DNA from: an uncultured cyanobacterium
Lineage (GTDB): Bacteria; Cyanobacteriota; Cyanobacteriia; CAKZMO01
Direction: 5' to 3'
Assembly: GCA_963719515.1 (NCBI GenBank)
Contig: CAVRCJ010000010.1
Span: 640,001 to 704,000 of the forward strand
Length of the DNA: 64,000 nucleotides
How positions within the stretch are numbered: the first letter of the stretch is position 1; each line of letters opens with the position of its first letter. The position numbers and the translations under genes are program-made. Under the pieces are notes generated by a model. That model did not search any database and had not been told where the DNA came from. It saw only the letters and a list, made by a program, of their open reading frames with translations. This document shows positions 49,688 through 59,738 of this stretch, piece by piece.

Positions 49688-50428
49688 ATGGCGCGACTCA
49701 ACCGGTTAGTTAGACGAGCTGTCAGAAATTTGTTTCGCCGTAAAATCTACCTTGCAGTGAGTCTTGCTGCAATTAGCGCTGCTGTAGCCGGTTTAGGGCG
49801 CGGGGCTCCAGCCGCACAGACCCTAGATGACCGCGACGCTCCGGTCCCCGACGCCATTGCCCCGTTGCGCTCCCCAACGGTTTGCCCAGACGACTTCGAG
49901 CTGATGACCCAGTCTCTCCTGCGGGATTTGCCAAACTACGCCAACCGGGTGCTGGCGCGCTCGGCGCGAAGAACGGCGCTGACGATTTCCGAAGAGCTGC
50001 GCCAAGAGCCGCCCAGGCCGTTGATCTCAGCGTATGACTTACAGACCCATATCGCCCTGGCGGGCCAGGCCACCTACGATGAGGCAATTCCCGGACCACG
50101 CTGGGACGGCCCGTCGCCCGAAGACCTAGCCAACGGCGGCATCCGGCAGATATTTTTCACTACCCTAGAGCGGCAGTATAGGGGCGATCGCCTCACCCGG
50201 CTCCAGCATTACCACTGGGCAATGATTGCCGACACTAGCCAGGGCTGGCGGCTGACGGGCTTGTTTTCCCGCATAGGAGGGTACCCCGCCAACCAGCCCC
50301 CCTCTCCCTTTGGCGAAACGACCTACGGAGACGTGGGCCGCGCCATTGACCTGTGGCTACGGGACTGTGAGGCCGGCGCAGTTGAGGGCAACCCGGCCGG
50401 CAGCAGCGGGGTCGAAGAAGAGAGCTGA
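49688..50428 (+). CDS. Conserved cyanobacterial hypothetical exported protein
   Basis: LLRDLPNYANRV and FFTTLERQY motifs. Confidence 0.8.
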   Translation: MARLNRLVRRAVRNLFRRKIYLAVSLAAISAAVAGLGRGAPAAQTLDDRDAPVPDAIAPLRSPTVCPDDFELMTQSLLRDLPNYANRVLARSARRTALTISEELRQEPPRPLISAYDLQTHIALAGQATYDEAIPGPRWDGPSPEDLANGGIRQIFFTTLERQYRGDRLTRLQHYHWAMIADTSQGWRLTGLFSRIGGYPANQPPSPFGETTYGDVGRAIDLWLRDCEAGAVEGNPAGSSGVEEES

Positions 50429-50435
50429 GCGTCGG

Positions 50436-51770
50436 CTAGCTCGACTGAGCCAAAGACACAATCTGGGCCGTCACGTCCAGGCTCTCATCGTAGAGGGCAT
50501 CTCGTCCCCAACGCTGCAGCTGCTGACTCATCAGCGCTTCTGCCCGCTGGTCCGATAGGGCTGTCACCTGCTCCGTTCTGCAGGACTGGGCACTTCCCCC
50601 CGCTTCCATGCGCATGCAGCCTGTGGTTTCCGAGCACAGAATGGTGCAGCAGTCGGCCTGCTCGTTGCTAGAGGCAATCCGTAGACCCACGAGATCTCCC
50701 AGAATCTCGCCCCAGTCTGCGGTGGGAATGGCCGCTAGCTCAGCCTCAACCTGCCGCCCGTCGGGGCCGTCGAAGTAGACATGCTTGAGGTCGTAATCTC
50801 CTCCTGTAAATTCGTGCTTGACGGGTTTCCAGCCCAAGCGGCTGGCCAGCCAGCCCAAGAACATGAGGGCTTGAGCAGAATTGCCCTTTTCGTAGTCAAT
50901 AGAAACAACGTCTACGTCAACCAGGGCCGCTCGGCGCTCCGGCGGATCAAACGCTGCGGCCATCAGCTCTTGCCAAGGTGAAAGGCGGTGCCAGTTTAGG
51001 TCGGCAACAAAGGTATCTTCCTTTTGCTGCTCGCGAATCTTGAGCAGCTCAGACTCCGCGTCGCTGAAGTAGCTAGAGTCGACAATGATGCAGTTAGAGA
51101 CAGCAGACAGCCGCTTAAACAAGGTTTGCTCTGGGTTGGGGGTGGCCTTCCACCAGACAAACTTGGGCATATCCGGCGTCATCAAAGAGGTGACTATGTC
51201 AACGACGCGCTCTAGCGCCTCTTTCGTGCCCCGCAGGGTAATGTACTCGCAGCACACTAGGCTGTTGCCGCCCCCCTTCTGCACCGGGCAGTAGGCCGAG
51301 ACCTGGGCCGTGACGCCCGTATCTTCTCCATGGATGGGGCAGAGGGTGATGATGCGGCAGGGGTTTTGGGCGGCGATGGGTTCGCTGATGCTGAAGCCGC
51401 GCTTATCGGGATTAGAGATTTGAAACCGGTCATTGGGCAGCTTTGCCACCTCCTGGCGCAGACGCTCCAAGGTTCCGGGGTCAACGCGCCCCGTTACCCG
51501 CAGGTCGTAGGCGGTTTGAGCTTCGCGAATGGCCTGCTTGGTTTGCACCTCGTGAATTCCGTCAATCGCGCCGCTGTAAAAGCCCAAAACAGCCAGCAGC
51601 TGCTGAAACTCTTCGGGCTCATACACCACCATGCTAAAGGTAGTGGCGCGAGTGGCGGCAGGGGCAACGCGATCGCCGTCTTGAGTCGTCCAAATCTTGT
51701 TGAGTTCTGATTCGATCTCGTCGAGGGAGATGTCTTTTGGCTCTTGAAGCGTAACGAGTGGCGTAGTCAT
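50436..51770 (-). CDS. opcA: Glucose-6-phosphate dehydrogenase assembly protein OpcA
   Basis: Directly downstream of zwf; SAYCPVQ, DLNWHRL and CCTILCSE motifs. Confidence 0.95.
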   Translation of the reverse strand: MTTPLVTLQEPKDISLDEIESELNKIWTTQDGDRVAPAATRATTFSMVVYEPEEFQQLLAVLGFYSGAIDGIHEVQTKQAIREAQTAYDLRVTGRVDPGTLERLRQEVAKLPNDRFQISNPDKRGFSISEPIAAQNPCRIITLCPIHGEDTGVTAQVSAYCPVQKGGGNSLVCCEYITLRGTKEALERVVDIVTSLMTPDMPKFVWWKATPNPEQTLFKRLSAVSNCIIVDSSYFSDAESELLKIREQQKEDTFVADLNWHRLSPWQELMAAAFDPPERRAALVDVDVVSIDYEKGNSAQALMFLGWLASRLGWKPVKHEFTGGDYDLKHVYFDGPDGRQVEAELAAIPTADWGEILGDLVGLRIASSNEQADCCTILCSETTGCMRMEAGGSAQSCRTEQVTALSDQRAEALMSQQLQRWGRDALYDESLDVTAQIVSLAQSS

Positions 51771-51867
51771 AGCAGTTCGGGTAATGTAGGCACGGGCAGT
51801 TGTTACAGCTAAGGCAGCTTTACAGCTAGTACAGTAGCGAATGCGGATAGACGGCCTGTGGGCAGCG

Positions 51868-53397
51868 CTACAGCCTGCGCCAGCGGCGACCGTCGCGGTT
51901 GAGCAACAGCTCGGCTTCAACCGGCCCCCAGGTTCCCGCTTCATAGAGGGGAATCACCTCTGCCGGGGCGGGCGCATCCCACACCTGCAGCAGCGGCGTC
52001 AGGATGCGCCAGGATTCTTCCACCTCATCGCCGCGCGTGAACAGGGTTTGGTCCCCCAGCATGCAGTCCACCAGCAGCCGGCTGTAGGCGTCGGTGTTGG
52101 CCTGACCGAAGGCGGCGTCATAGCGGAAATCCATGTCGACGGTGCGGGTGCGCAGGGAGTTCCCGGGCGTCTTCACCTCAAACCGCAGAGAAATACCCTC
52201 GTTGGGCTGAATGCGCATGGCTAAAATGTTGCGGTTCACCTGCCGGGTGGCGGACTGAAACATCAAGAAGGGGACCTCTTTGAAGTGAATCGAGATCTCG
52301 GTCACCTTCTTGGGCATCCGCTTGCCGGTCCGTAGGTAGAAGGGCACCCCTTTCCACCGCCAGTTGTCGATCATCAGCTTCAGGCCGGCGTATGTGGGCG
52401 TCGTCGACTCGTCGCTGGCCCCCTCTTCGCTGCGGTAGCTCGGCACCTGCTGGCCCTTCATCCAGCCCGAGGTGTACTGCCCGCGCACGGCGGACAGCCC
52501 TAAATCCTCCAGGTCAGCGAGGCGGGTAGCCTGAATGACCTTGACCTTCTCGTTACGAATGGCATCGGCGTTCAGGGAGTTGGGCGCCTCCATAGCCACC
52601 AGGCAAAAGAGCTGCATCAGGTGGTTTTGCACCATGTCCCGCAGGGCCCCTGCCGTCTCGTAATAGCCCGCCCGTCCTTCTAGGCCTACGGTTTCCGCCA
52701 CCGTGATCTGCACATGGTCCACGAACTGGCGATTCCAGAGCGGCTCAAAAATGGCGTTGGCAAAGCGAAACACCAGCAGGTTTTGAACGGTCTCTTTACC
52801 CAGGTAGTGGTCAATGCGGTAGATTTGCTCTTCGGGGCAGACCTGACGCACGATTTGATTGAGCACCTGAGCGGAAGAGATGTCGTGGCCGAAGGGCTTT
52901 TCAATCACCAGGCGCTCTTTGCTAGAGTCGGTGAGCATGTCAGCCGCTCCAAGCTGCTGGGTGGCCTCGCCAAAAAATCGGGGAGCAACCGACAGGTAGA
53001 AGACCCGATTACCTCGGGTGCCGCGCTGGTCGTCAAGTTCGGCGAGGAACGACTTGAGCTTTTGATAGCTCTCCTGCTGATCGATGTTGCCCGAGCAGTA
53101 GAACAGCCCTTTGGCAAAATCTCGCCAGAGATCCTCAGAGCCAATGCCCCCACCGAACTGCTCAACGCCCTCTTTGAGGTGGTTCCGGAAGTAGTCGTGG
53201 TCCCAGTCTCTACGGGCGACGCCAACGATGGTGAATTCAGGAGGCAGTCGACGCTCGCGGCGCATTTGGTAGAGAGCCGGCACCAGCTTCCGCTGGGTGA
53301 GATCGCCAGAACCCCCAAAAATAACTAGAATTTGCGGCGCTGGGATTCGATCTTGCTGAAGACCAACGCGGAGCGGATTTTCGAGCAGGTTTACCAT
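51868..53397 (-). CDS. zwf: Glucose-6-phosphate 1-dehydrogenase
   Basis: [29 protein letters not shown]. Confidence 0.98.
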   Translation of the reverse strand: MVNLLENPLRVGLQQDRIPAPQILVIFGGSGDLTQRKLVPALYQMRRERRLPPEFTIVGVARRDWDHDYFRNHLKEGVEQFGGGIGSEDLWRDFAKGLFYCSGNIDQQESYQKLKSFLAELDDQRGTRGNRVFYLSVAPRFFGEATQQLGAADMLTDSSKERLVIEKPFGHDISSAQVLNQIVRQVCPEEQIYRIDHYLGKETVQNLLVFRFANAIFEPLWNRQFVDHVQITVAETVGLEGRAGYYETAGALRDMVQNHLMQLFCLVAMEAPNSLNADAIRNEKVKVIQATRLADLEDLGLSAVRGQYTSGWMKGQQVPSYRSEEGASDESTTPTYAGLKLMIDNWRWKGVPFYLRTGKRMPKKVTEISIHFKEVPFLMFQSATRQVNRNILAMRIQPNEGISLRFEVKTPGNSLRTRTVDMDFRYDAAFGQANTDAYSRLLVDCMLGDQTLFTRGDEVEESWRILTPLLQVWDAPAPAEVIPLYEAGTWGPVEAELLLNRDGRRWRRL

Positions 53398-53460
53398 AGT
53401 GAGATGATTCGGGTTGGCACGATAGCATGTTAGCGTCAGACGGGTTTACAGCTCGGTTAT

Positions 53461-54525
53461 CTAGGTAGCGGATACGTCTTGGTTAATCCGAGCCCGCTCT
53501 TGAATAAACGATTCCACAAGCTCAACGTTCTCTTTGCTGCCGATGATGAGGGGCGATCGCTGGTGAAGCGCCTCCGGGACGAGATCCATAATCGGTTGGG
53601 TTCCCGTGCTGGCCTTTCCCCCCGCCTGCTCTGCCAAGAAGGCCAGCGGCGCTGATTCGTACAGCAACCTTAGCTTACCTTCCGGATTTTTAACCGTACC
53701 GGGATAGAGAAACACCCCGCCCTGAAATAGAATCCGGTGAAAGTCTCCCACCAGCGCCCCGCTATAGCGCCCTGAGTATCCTTCGTGGCGATGCATGTAG
53801 CGGATATAGTCTCGCAGTGATTCATCCCACTGCCAGAAGTTGCCTTCGTTGGCGCTGTACACCGGCCCATGGGTAGGGATTTGGATATTTTCTTTAGATA
53901 GAATGAACTCCCCCAGGCTGGGATCCAAAGTAAAGGCGTGAACCCCCGAACCAATGGAATAGATCAGCATCGTGCTGGGGCCATAGAGAATGTAGCCGGC
54001 CCCTATCTGCTTATCGCCACGCTGAAAGAGATCCTGCGCTGTTCCGTCTAGGTCTTCTCCCTCTTGGCGACGAATCGCAAAGATAGACCCCACATTGAGG
54101 TTAATGTCGACGTTAGAAGACCCATCGATGGGGTCGTAGAGCAGGGTGTAGCGACCGATGGGGCAGTTTTCGGGGATGTAGTAAGGCTTCTCCATCTCTT
54201 CTGAAGCGAGTCGGCACACAACGCCGCTCTGCTTGAGGACGGAAATAAAGACATCGTTCGCGTAGATATCCATCCGCTTAACGGCCTCGCCCTGCACATT
54301 GGTCCGTCCGGTGAACCCGAGGGCATCCTCAATCAGACCCGCCCGCGTGAGCCGCCGGGCAATCATTTTTCCGGCAAGGGCGATGCGGTCCATCAGGATG
54401 CTGAGATCTTGGTCTTCGGGGGCAACGCTCTGCAGATGCTGCAGGACATGGCGAGATAGCGTTGTAGTATCTCGATCCAATGCCCTCTGCTGGTCTTCTG
54501 GGTCAGGCCGCTGATCGACAACCAT
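53461..54525 (-). CDS. fbp: Class 1 fructose-1,6-bisphosphatase
   Basis: [35 protein letters not shown]. Confidence 0.96.
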   Translation of the reverse strand: MVVDQRPDPEDQQRALDRDTTTLSRHVLQHLQSVAPEDQDLSILMDRIALAGKMIARRLTRAGLIEDALGFTGRTNVQGEAVKRMDIYANDVFISVLKQSGVVCRLASEEMEKPYYIPENCPIGRYTLLYDPIDGSSNVDINLNVGSIFAIRRQEGEDLDGTAQDLFQRGDKQIGAGYILYGPSTMLIYSIGSGVHAFTLDPSLGEFILSKENIQIPTHGPVYSANEGNFWQWDESLRDYIRYMHRHEGYSGRYSGALVGDFHRILFQGGVFLYPGTVKNPEGKLRLLYESAPLAFLAEQAGGKASTGTQPIMDLVPEALHQRSPLIIGSKENVELVESFIQERARINQDVSAT

Positions 54526-54943
54526 TCGGATAGCCTCCTTTGTTATGCTACGCGTCAATAATATCTATTGACCCTACAGTGGCCCTACAGCGCTCTGATT
54601 AACGCTGAGTGAGAGTGCTGCTGGGCTCCCTTCATCTTAGGAAAGGTGCTCGGCAATGCCCCGAACTTTTAAGACCAGCTACAGACTGTCGTCTGGAAAA
54701 GCCGTTCGCGGGCGATCGCACTAGCTTCCTTCGGTTTTGCCTGCCAACCCGAGAGAGATGTGCTAACTTAATTGAAGGGAATATCAAGTCAGGCTTGTCC
54801 TGGTGGTTGAACCAAAATTGTCGTTTAGTAAGTCTAGGAGGCGATGCCCATGCAAGAGAGTAGTATACACACGGGTCTGATGATTGATGTGGTCTGGCTG
54901 TGTGCCAGGGCTGTACGCTAATCAATCAGTTTTCCTTCTCTTG

Positions 54944-55130
54944 AAGGCTTGCTGGGATCGGTATTAGGGTTCCTCCTGGCAGTCAAGTTTCAATCTGATG
55001 ACCCACTAGACCGCTCTTACTCTTGGTGCTGATCTTCATGCTCATAGGGCATAGGTCACCCCCCAGTAAGAGCGGATAGCTATTTTAAAGGGGAAAGCTG
55101 CTGAGCCTGTGAAAGAGCTGTCGCGGCCTT
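54944..55130 (+). ncRNA. ssrS: Probable 6S RNA
   Basis: 187-nt rod: closing stems AAGGC/GCCTT and GGCAGT/GCTGCT, central bubble, apical stem CCGCTCTTACT/AGTAAGAGCGG with GGTG/CACC. Confidence 0.65.
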
Positions 55131-55177
55131 GCCCCTGTCAAAAGCATATTCTGCAAAAGATGACGTTATTGAACTAG

Positions 55178-55200
55178 ACCCCGAAAGCTCGGGGTTTTTG
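55178..55200 (+). terminator. Rho-independent terminator
   Basis: ACCCCG-AAAGCT-CGGGGT followed by a T-tract. Confidence 0.65.
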
Positions 55201-55235
55201 TAGTTTAAAGGGCTCAGCCCTGCTTTCTCCATCCT

Positions 55236-55542
55236 CAACAATGACTCTAGCCTCAGCCTAGACGTCGGCTACGTTGCTGACGATCCCTCTAGCCCCAACC
55301 CGGAAGCAGGCCTATCAACGGGGACTACGTGGCAACAGCTCAGCTGACCTTCCTCAGCAACTTCTTCGACGCGGGCATTCTGTACTCCAACTCCTATGCC
55401 AGTAGCGCCAGCGAGTTCGACCAAGGCGTCTATGATCTCGATCGCTATCACCCCAGCCGTGATCATCAACACCGACCCGTTCAATGAGAACGACAACGAT
55501 GCCACCGTCATCGGCGCTATCCGAACTCGCTTCAAATTCTAG
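55236..55542 (+). pseudogene. Porin (OprB-type) C-terminal remnant
   Basis: SLSLDVGY..., AQLTFLSNFFDAGILYSNSY and IAITPAV..DPFNENDNDATVIGAIRTRFKF* parallel the intact porin downstream. Confidence 0.8.
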
Positions 55543-55752
55543 TCTCAGAGTCGACTGACGCTGGCTGCAATCCGAGGCGCGGTGGGACGGATAGCTCTGT
55601 CTTAAGAGCTATCTATTTCAGTTTTCACGATTTCCTCACAAATTGTTGGCCCTTTCCTGTTACCCATCTCAAAAATCTCTGCTAATCTTATTGGAGGTGT
55701 TCGAAGATCTTGCGATTTTCGCGCCCTCGGATTAGTTTGATTTTGTCTTATA

Positions 55753-55762
55753 GGTGTGAGGA
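55753..55762 (+). promoter_or_regulatory. Yfr1 sRNA target site in porin 5'UTR
   Basis: GGTGTGAGGA is complementary to the Yfr1 core UCCUCACAC and overlaps the RBS. Confidence 0.65.
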
Positions 55763-55770
55763 CAATTGTG

Positions 55771-57369
55771 ATGCTATATAAAGCAATTTTGAAGTCTCTG
55801 CTTGTTGCGCCAGCTGTACTGGGCGCAACTATCGCTCTGTCGACCTCTGTGATCGCTCAAGAAGCTGCTCAAAGCGAGCTAGCTCAGCTCAATGAGTACG
55901 CTGCTGAGGGAGAGGATGATTCCCTCTCTCAGGTAACCTCCGTTTCCCAGCTCTCTGACGTTCAGCCTACCGACTGGGCTTTTCAGGCGCTGCAGAATTT
56001 GATCGCTCGCTACGGCTGTATTGCCGGCTATCCCGACGGGACTTACCGCGGCTTCACCGCCCTCAGCCGCTACGAGTTTGCCGCTGGTCTCAACGCTTGC
56101 TTGAACAACATCACGGCAAACCTGGACCAGATTCAGCTCAACCAGCAGGACATTGCTACGCTCAACCGCCTACAGCAGCAGTTCGCCGCTGACTTGGCTA
56201 CCCTGCGCGGTCGCGTTGACTCCCTCGAAGCGCGCACCGCTGAGCTGGAGGCCAACCAGTTTTCTACCACCACCAAGCTAAACGGTGAGGTGATCTTCGC
56301 TCAGCAGTTCGCGATCGATGATGACCGCGACTTAGATGGCTTTGACGACGGACAAACTCCAGATGAGAATGAAGCTACCTTTGCCTATCGGGTTCGCCTA
56401 AACTTCGACACCAGCTTCACCGGCGAAGACCGTCTGCGGACTCGTTTCCAAGCGCGTAACCTTGACCAGTTCGACAGCGACCCTATCGGCCGTTCTTTCG
56501 GCAACGAGGGTGATGGTGGCTTCAGCCTAGATGACTTGGTCTACACCTTCCCGCTTGGCCCTGCTGAAGTTGTCGTTGGCGCTAACAGCATTGCCAGCGA
56601 CGACTTCGTCGCCAGCACCATCAGTCCGCTAGACAGCGCTAGCTCCGGCACTATCACCGACTTCGGTTTCCCTCGCCAGTATGCGATCGCGGTGCCAGGA
56701 AACGCAGGTGCTGGCGCAGTCGTGCAGCTGAATGACAACTTCAGTCTTGACTTCGGCTACTCCGCTGCCGACGCGTCCAACCCGGATGACGGCTTCGGTC
56801 TATTCAACGGCACCTACGGTGCAATTGGTCAGATCACTTTCCTCAGCAGCTTCTTTGACGCAGCTATCACCTACGCCAACTCCTACGCAAATGATGGCTT
56901 CGGCTATACCTTCCCCGCTGGGCAAAACTTTGGCGGTCCGATGAACCTGACTCCGATTGACGCTAGCTCAACGGGCAATGACGAAGTCGCTAATACCTAC
57001 GGTACTCAGTTCAACTTCCGCCTGTTTGACGGCGCGCTTGAGCTTGGTGGCGGTGGTGCATTCGTCCAGGTGAACGGCATCGGCGCAGCCGAAGATTACG
57101 AGATCTGGACCTATCAAGGTACGCTGGCAATCAACGATGTCCTCGGTGAAGGCAACCAGCTCGGCGTCGTTGCGGGTGTTCCTGAGTATTCACGCGATCT
57201 GAATGCCTCTACGGGAGACACTGGTTTCCTAACTGAGGTCTTCTACCGGTATCAGCTGAACGACAACATCGCGATTACTCCTGGCTTCCTGTGGATCAAC
57301 GATCCCTACAACAACAACGACAACGATGACAGCTTTGTCGGCAACATCCGGACGACCTTCCAGTTCTAG
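55771..57369 (+). CDS. Cyanobacterial outer-membrane porin (SLH + OprB, SomA/B-like)
   Basis: SVSQLSDVQPTDWAFQAL, FSTTTKLNGE, C-terminal RTTFQF. Confidence 0.95.
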   Translation: MLYKAILKSLLVAPAVLGATIALSTSVIAQEAAQSELAQLNEYAAEGEDDSLSQVTSVSQLSDVQPTDWAFQALQNLIARYGCIAGYPDGTYRGFTALSRYEFAAGLNACLNNITANLDQIQLNQQDIATLNRLQQQFAADLATLRGRVDSLEARTAELEANQFSTTTKLNGEVIFAQQFAIDDDRDLDGFDDGQTPDENEATFAYRVRLNFDTSFTGEDRLRTRFQARNLDQFDSDPIGRSFGNEGDGGFSLDDLVYTFPLGPAEVVVGANSIASDDFVASTISPLDSASSGTITDFGFPRQYAIAVPGNAGAGAVVQLNDNFSLDFGYSAADASNPDDGFGLFNGTYGAIGQITFLSSFFDAAITYANSYANDGFGYTFPAGQNFGGPMNLTPIDASSTGNDEVANTYGTQFNFRLFDGALELGGGGAFVQVNGIGAAEDYEIWTYQGTLAINDVLGEGNQLGVVAGVPEYSRDLNASTGDTGFLTEVFYRYQLNDNIAITPGFLWINDPYNNNDNDDSFVGNIRTTFQF

Positions 57370-57410
57370 AACTGGAATCAGTTAGTTTGTTAACGCTCAC
57401 ACAATTTAAG

Positions 57411-57446
57411 GCGGGCATGGATTGTATAATCCATGCCCGCTTTTCT
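57411..57446 (+). terminator. Rho-independent terminator
   Basis: GCGGGCATGGATT-GTAT-AATCCATGCCCGC-TTTT. Confidence 0.85.
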
Positions 57447-57532
57447 ATGCGGTGCTTAGAATTCTCCGCCATCGTCCTAAACCCCAGTGGAAAACCGGAG
57501 TATACTGAGTCATAGACACACAAACAGCACCT

Positions 57533-57964
57533 GTGGAACTTTCAACCAAGAGCGAATATGCGCTGCTAGCGCTTCTAGAACTGGTCAGCCATTATCCCAC
57601 GGGAGAACCTTTGCAGATTCGGCAGATTGCGGCAGAGCAATCTATTCCAGACCGTTACCTAGAGCAGCTTTTGGCAATTCTGCGGCGCTCTGGGCTCGTG
57701 CGAAGCCAACGGGGCGCTAGAGGAGGCTATTTGCTGGCCCGAGAACCCTGGAAGATTACCCTCTTAGAAATTCTCAATTGTGTAGAAGGCCTAGACGCTA
57801 AGGCTTCGCCCTGCGCCAAGAAATTCCCCGCTGAAGTTGTGATCCACGACGCCTGGCAGGAGGCTAGGCAAGCTGCTGAAGCCGTCCTACAAAGCTACAG
57901 TCTCCAGGATTTGGCAGAGCAGCGCGACGCTAAGCGCCAGCTAAACTTCATGTACTATATCTAA
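57533..57964 (+). CDS. Rrf2-family regulator (CymR-like)
   Basis: YLEQLL..LVRSQRGARGGYLL, MYYI end; upstream of cysK. Confidence 0.92.
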   Translation: MELSTKSEYALLALLELVSHYPTGEPLQIRQIAAEQSIPDRYLEQLLAILRRSGLVRSQRGARGGYLLAREPWKITLLEILNCVEGLDAKASPCAKKFPAEVVIHDAWQEARQAAEAVLQSYSLQDLAEQRDAKRQLNFMYYI

Positions 57965-57972
57965 ACTGATCT

Positions 57973-58929
57973 ATGCGCATTGCTCAACGAGTGACCGACC
58001 TGATCGGGCATACGCCCCTAGTTCAGCTCAATCGCATTCCGGCTGCAGAGGGATGCCTAGCCTCTATTGTGGTGAAGCTGGAGAGCATGAACCCCTCCGC
58101 TTCAGTTAAAGATCGCATTGGCATCAGCATGATTGAAGCGGCTGAGCGGGAAGGCCAAATCGCGCCGGGGAAAACGGTTTTAGTAGAGCCTACCTCAGGG
58201 AATACAGGCATTGCCCTAGCAATGGCGGCGGCGGCAAAAGGCTATCGCTTGATTTTGACGATGCCCGAAACCATGAGCGCTGAGCGCCGGGCTATGCTGC
58301 GGGCTTACGGAGCGCAGCTAGAGCTAACTCCCGGCATGTGGGGAATGGGGGGTTGCATTCAGCGGGCGCAGGAGATTGTAGACGAGCTGCCCAATGCCTA
58401 CATGCTGCAGCAGTTCCGCAATGCCGCTAATCCCAAGATCCACCGTGAAACGACGGCGCTGGAGATTTGGGCAGACACCGACGGAGAAGTTGACATCCTC
58501 ATTGCTGGGGTAGGGACGGGAGGCACCATCACCGGTGTCGCAGAGGTTTTGAAGCAGCACAAGGAATCCTTTCAGGTCATCGCCGTCGAACCGTCGAATA
58601 GCTCGGTTTTGTCAGGGGGAGACCCCGGACCTCACAAAATTCAGGGAATTGGTGCAGGGTTCATCCCTCACGTGCTGCGTAGGGAACTCATAGACGAGGT
58701 CATTGCCGTCACGGACGATCAAGCGATCGCCTATGGCCGGCGGCTAGCCCGGGAAGAAGGTCTGCTGTCGGGAATTTCTAGCGGCGCGGCTTTGGCCGCT
58801 GCGGTGCAGGTGGCCTGCCGCCCCGAGAACGACGGCAAGCTAATTGTTATGATTCAGCCCAGCTTTGGCGAGCGCTATTTGAGCACGCCGCTGTTCCAAG
58901 ATCCTGAGCTGGTGTCGGCTACGAACTAG
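57973..58929 (+). CDS. cysK: Cysteine synthase A
   Basis: [38 protein letters not shown]. Confidence 0.96.
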   Translation: MRIAQRVTDLIGHTPLVQLNRIPAAEGCLASIVVKLESMNPSASVKDRIGISMIEAAEREGQIAPGKTVLVEPTSGNTGIALAMAAAAKGYRLILTMPETMSAERRAMLRAYGAQLELTPGMWGMGGCIQRAQEIVDELPNAYMLQQFRNAANPKIHRETTALEIWADTDGEVDILIAGVGTGGTITGVAEVLKQHKESFQVIAVEPSNSSVLSGGDPGPHKIQGIGAGFIPHVLRRELIDEVIAVTDDQAIAYGRRLAREEGLLSGISSGAALAAAVQVACRPENDGKLIVMIQPSFGERYLSTPLFQDPELVSATN

Positions 58930-59012
58930 TCCCCCCCACCGCCTCTGTTCGGCCTGGCAAAGGGCGGCAGGGCTCTTGGCCCGTTAATGAGGATGGCGGT
59001 ACAATAGCAGGC

Positions 59013-59738
59013 ATGTCTGTAAACTACTACCAAGTCCTTGAGCTGCATTCAGAGGCCAGCCAGCTAGACATCAAGCGGGCCTATCGTCGCTTAGCCAAGC
59101 AGTTTCACCCCGACAGCAACCGCACCATCGATAGCCACGATCGTATAAGCTGCATCAACGCGGCCTATGAGGTGCTTGGGGATCCCATCAAGCGACGCCG
59201 GTACGACGTTCAGCTGCGCTACTCCACAGAAGACAATCCTGCCGAACAGCGCCAGCAGGCGGCCCATAGGAGAGCGGCCCGCAGCGAAACGGCTTACAGC
59301 GAGGTCAAGGCCAGTCGCCGCAGATCCTACGGGCAAAATAGCGATGCCCAGCTTCAAAACTGGCTGACTGCGGTCTATCGTCCCATCGATAAGCACCTTA
59401 CCGACATTCTGGGTTCCCTCGACGGGGCCTTAGACCAGCTTGCCGCCGATCCGTTCGACGACGAGCTCATGGAGGAGTTTCAAGACTACCTCGATACCTG
59501 CCGCACCCACCTCGACTGGGCGCAGCACATGTTTCGCTCAACGCCCAATCCCAAAAGCGTCGCGGCCACTGCCTCTGGCCTTTATTACTGCCTCAATCAG
59601 GTGGGAGACGGCCTAGACGAGTTCGAGCGCTTTACCTCTTGCTACAACGAACACTACATCCATACGGGACGAGAGCTATTCCGCATTTCCCGGCAGCTGC
59701 ACCACGAAACTCAAGAAACACTTCAAAATTTAGTCTAA
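59013..59738 (+). CDS. J-domain (DnaJ-like) protein
   Basis: YYQVL..IKRAYRRLAKQFHPD. Confidence 0.9.
   Translation: MSVNYYQVLELHSEASQLDIKRAYRRLAKQFHPDSNRTIDSHDRISCINAAYEVLGDPIKRRRYDVQLRYSTEDNPAEQRQQAAHRRAARSETAYSEVKASRRRSYGQNSDAQLQNWLTAVYRPIDKHLTDILGSLDGALDQLAADPFDDELMEEFQDYLDTCRTHLDWAQHMFRSTPNPKSVAATASGLYYCLNQVGDGLDEFERFTSCYNEHYIHTGRELFRISRQLHHETQETLQNLV

Noticed and set aside
51300..51620. Peptidoglycan-binding-like insert in OpcA as a novelty
   Set aside because: To my knowledge this is a common feature of cyanobacterial OpcA.
50436..54525. Absence of tal from fbp-zwf-opcA
   Set aside because: Operon composition varies among cyanobacteria, so this is not remarkable.
55633..55640. TCCTCACA Yfr1-like mimic upstream of the porin
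   Set aside because: It lies upstream of the likely extended -10 (TGCTAATCT, 55680-55688), so it is probably not in the mRNA; only 8 nt.
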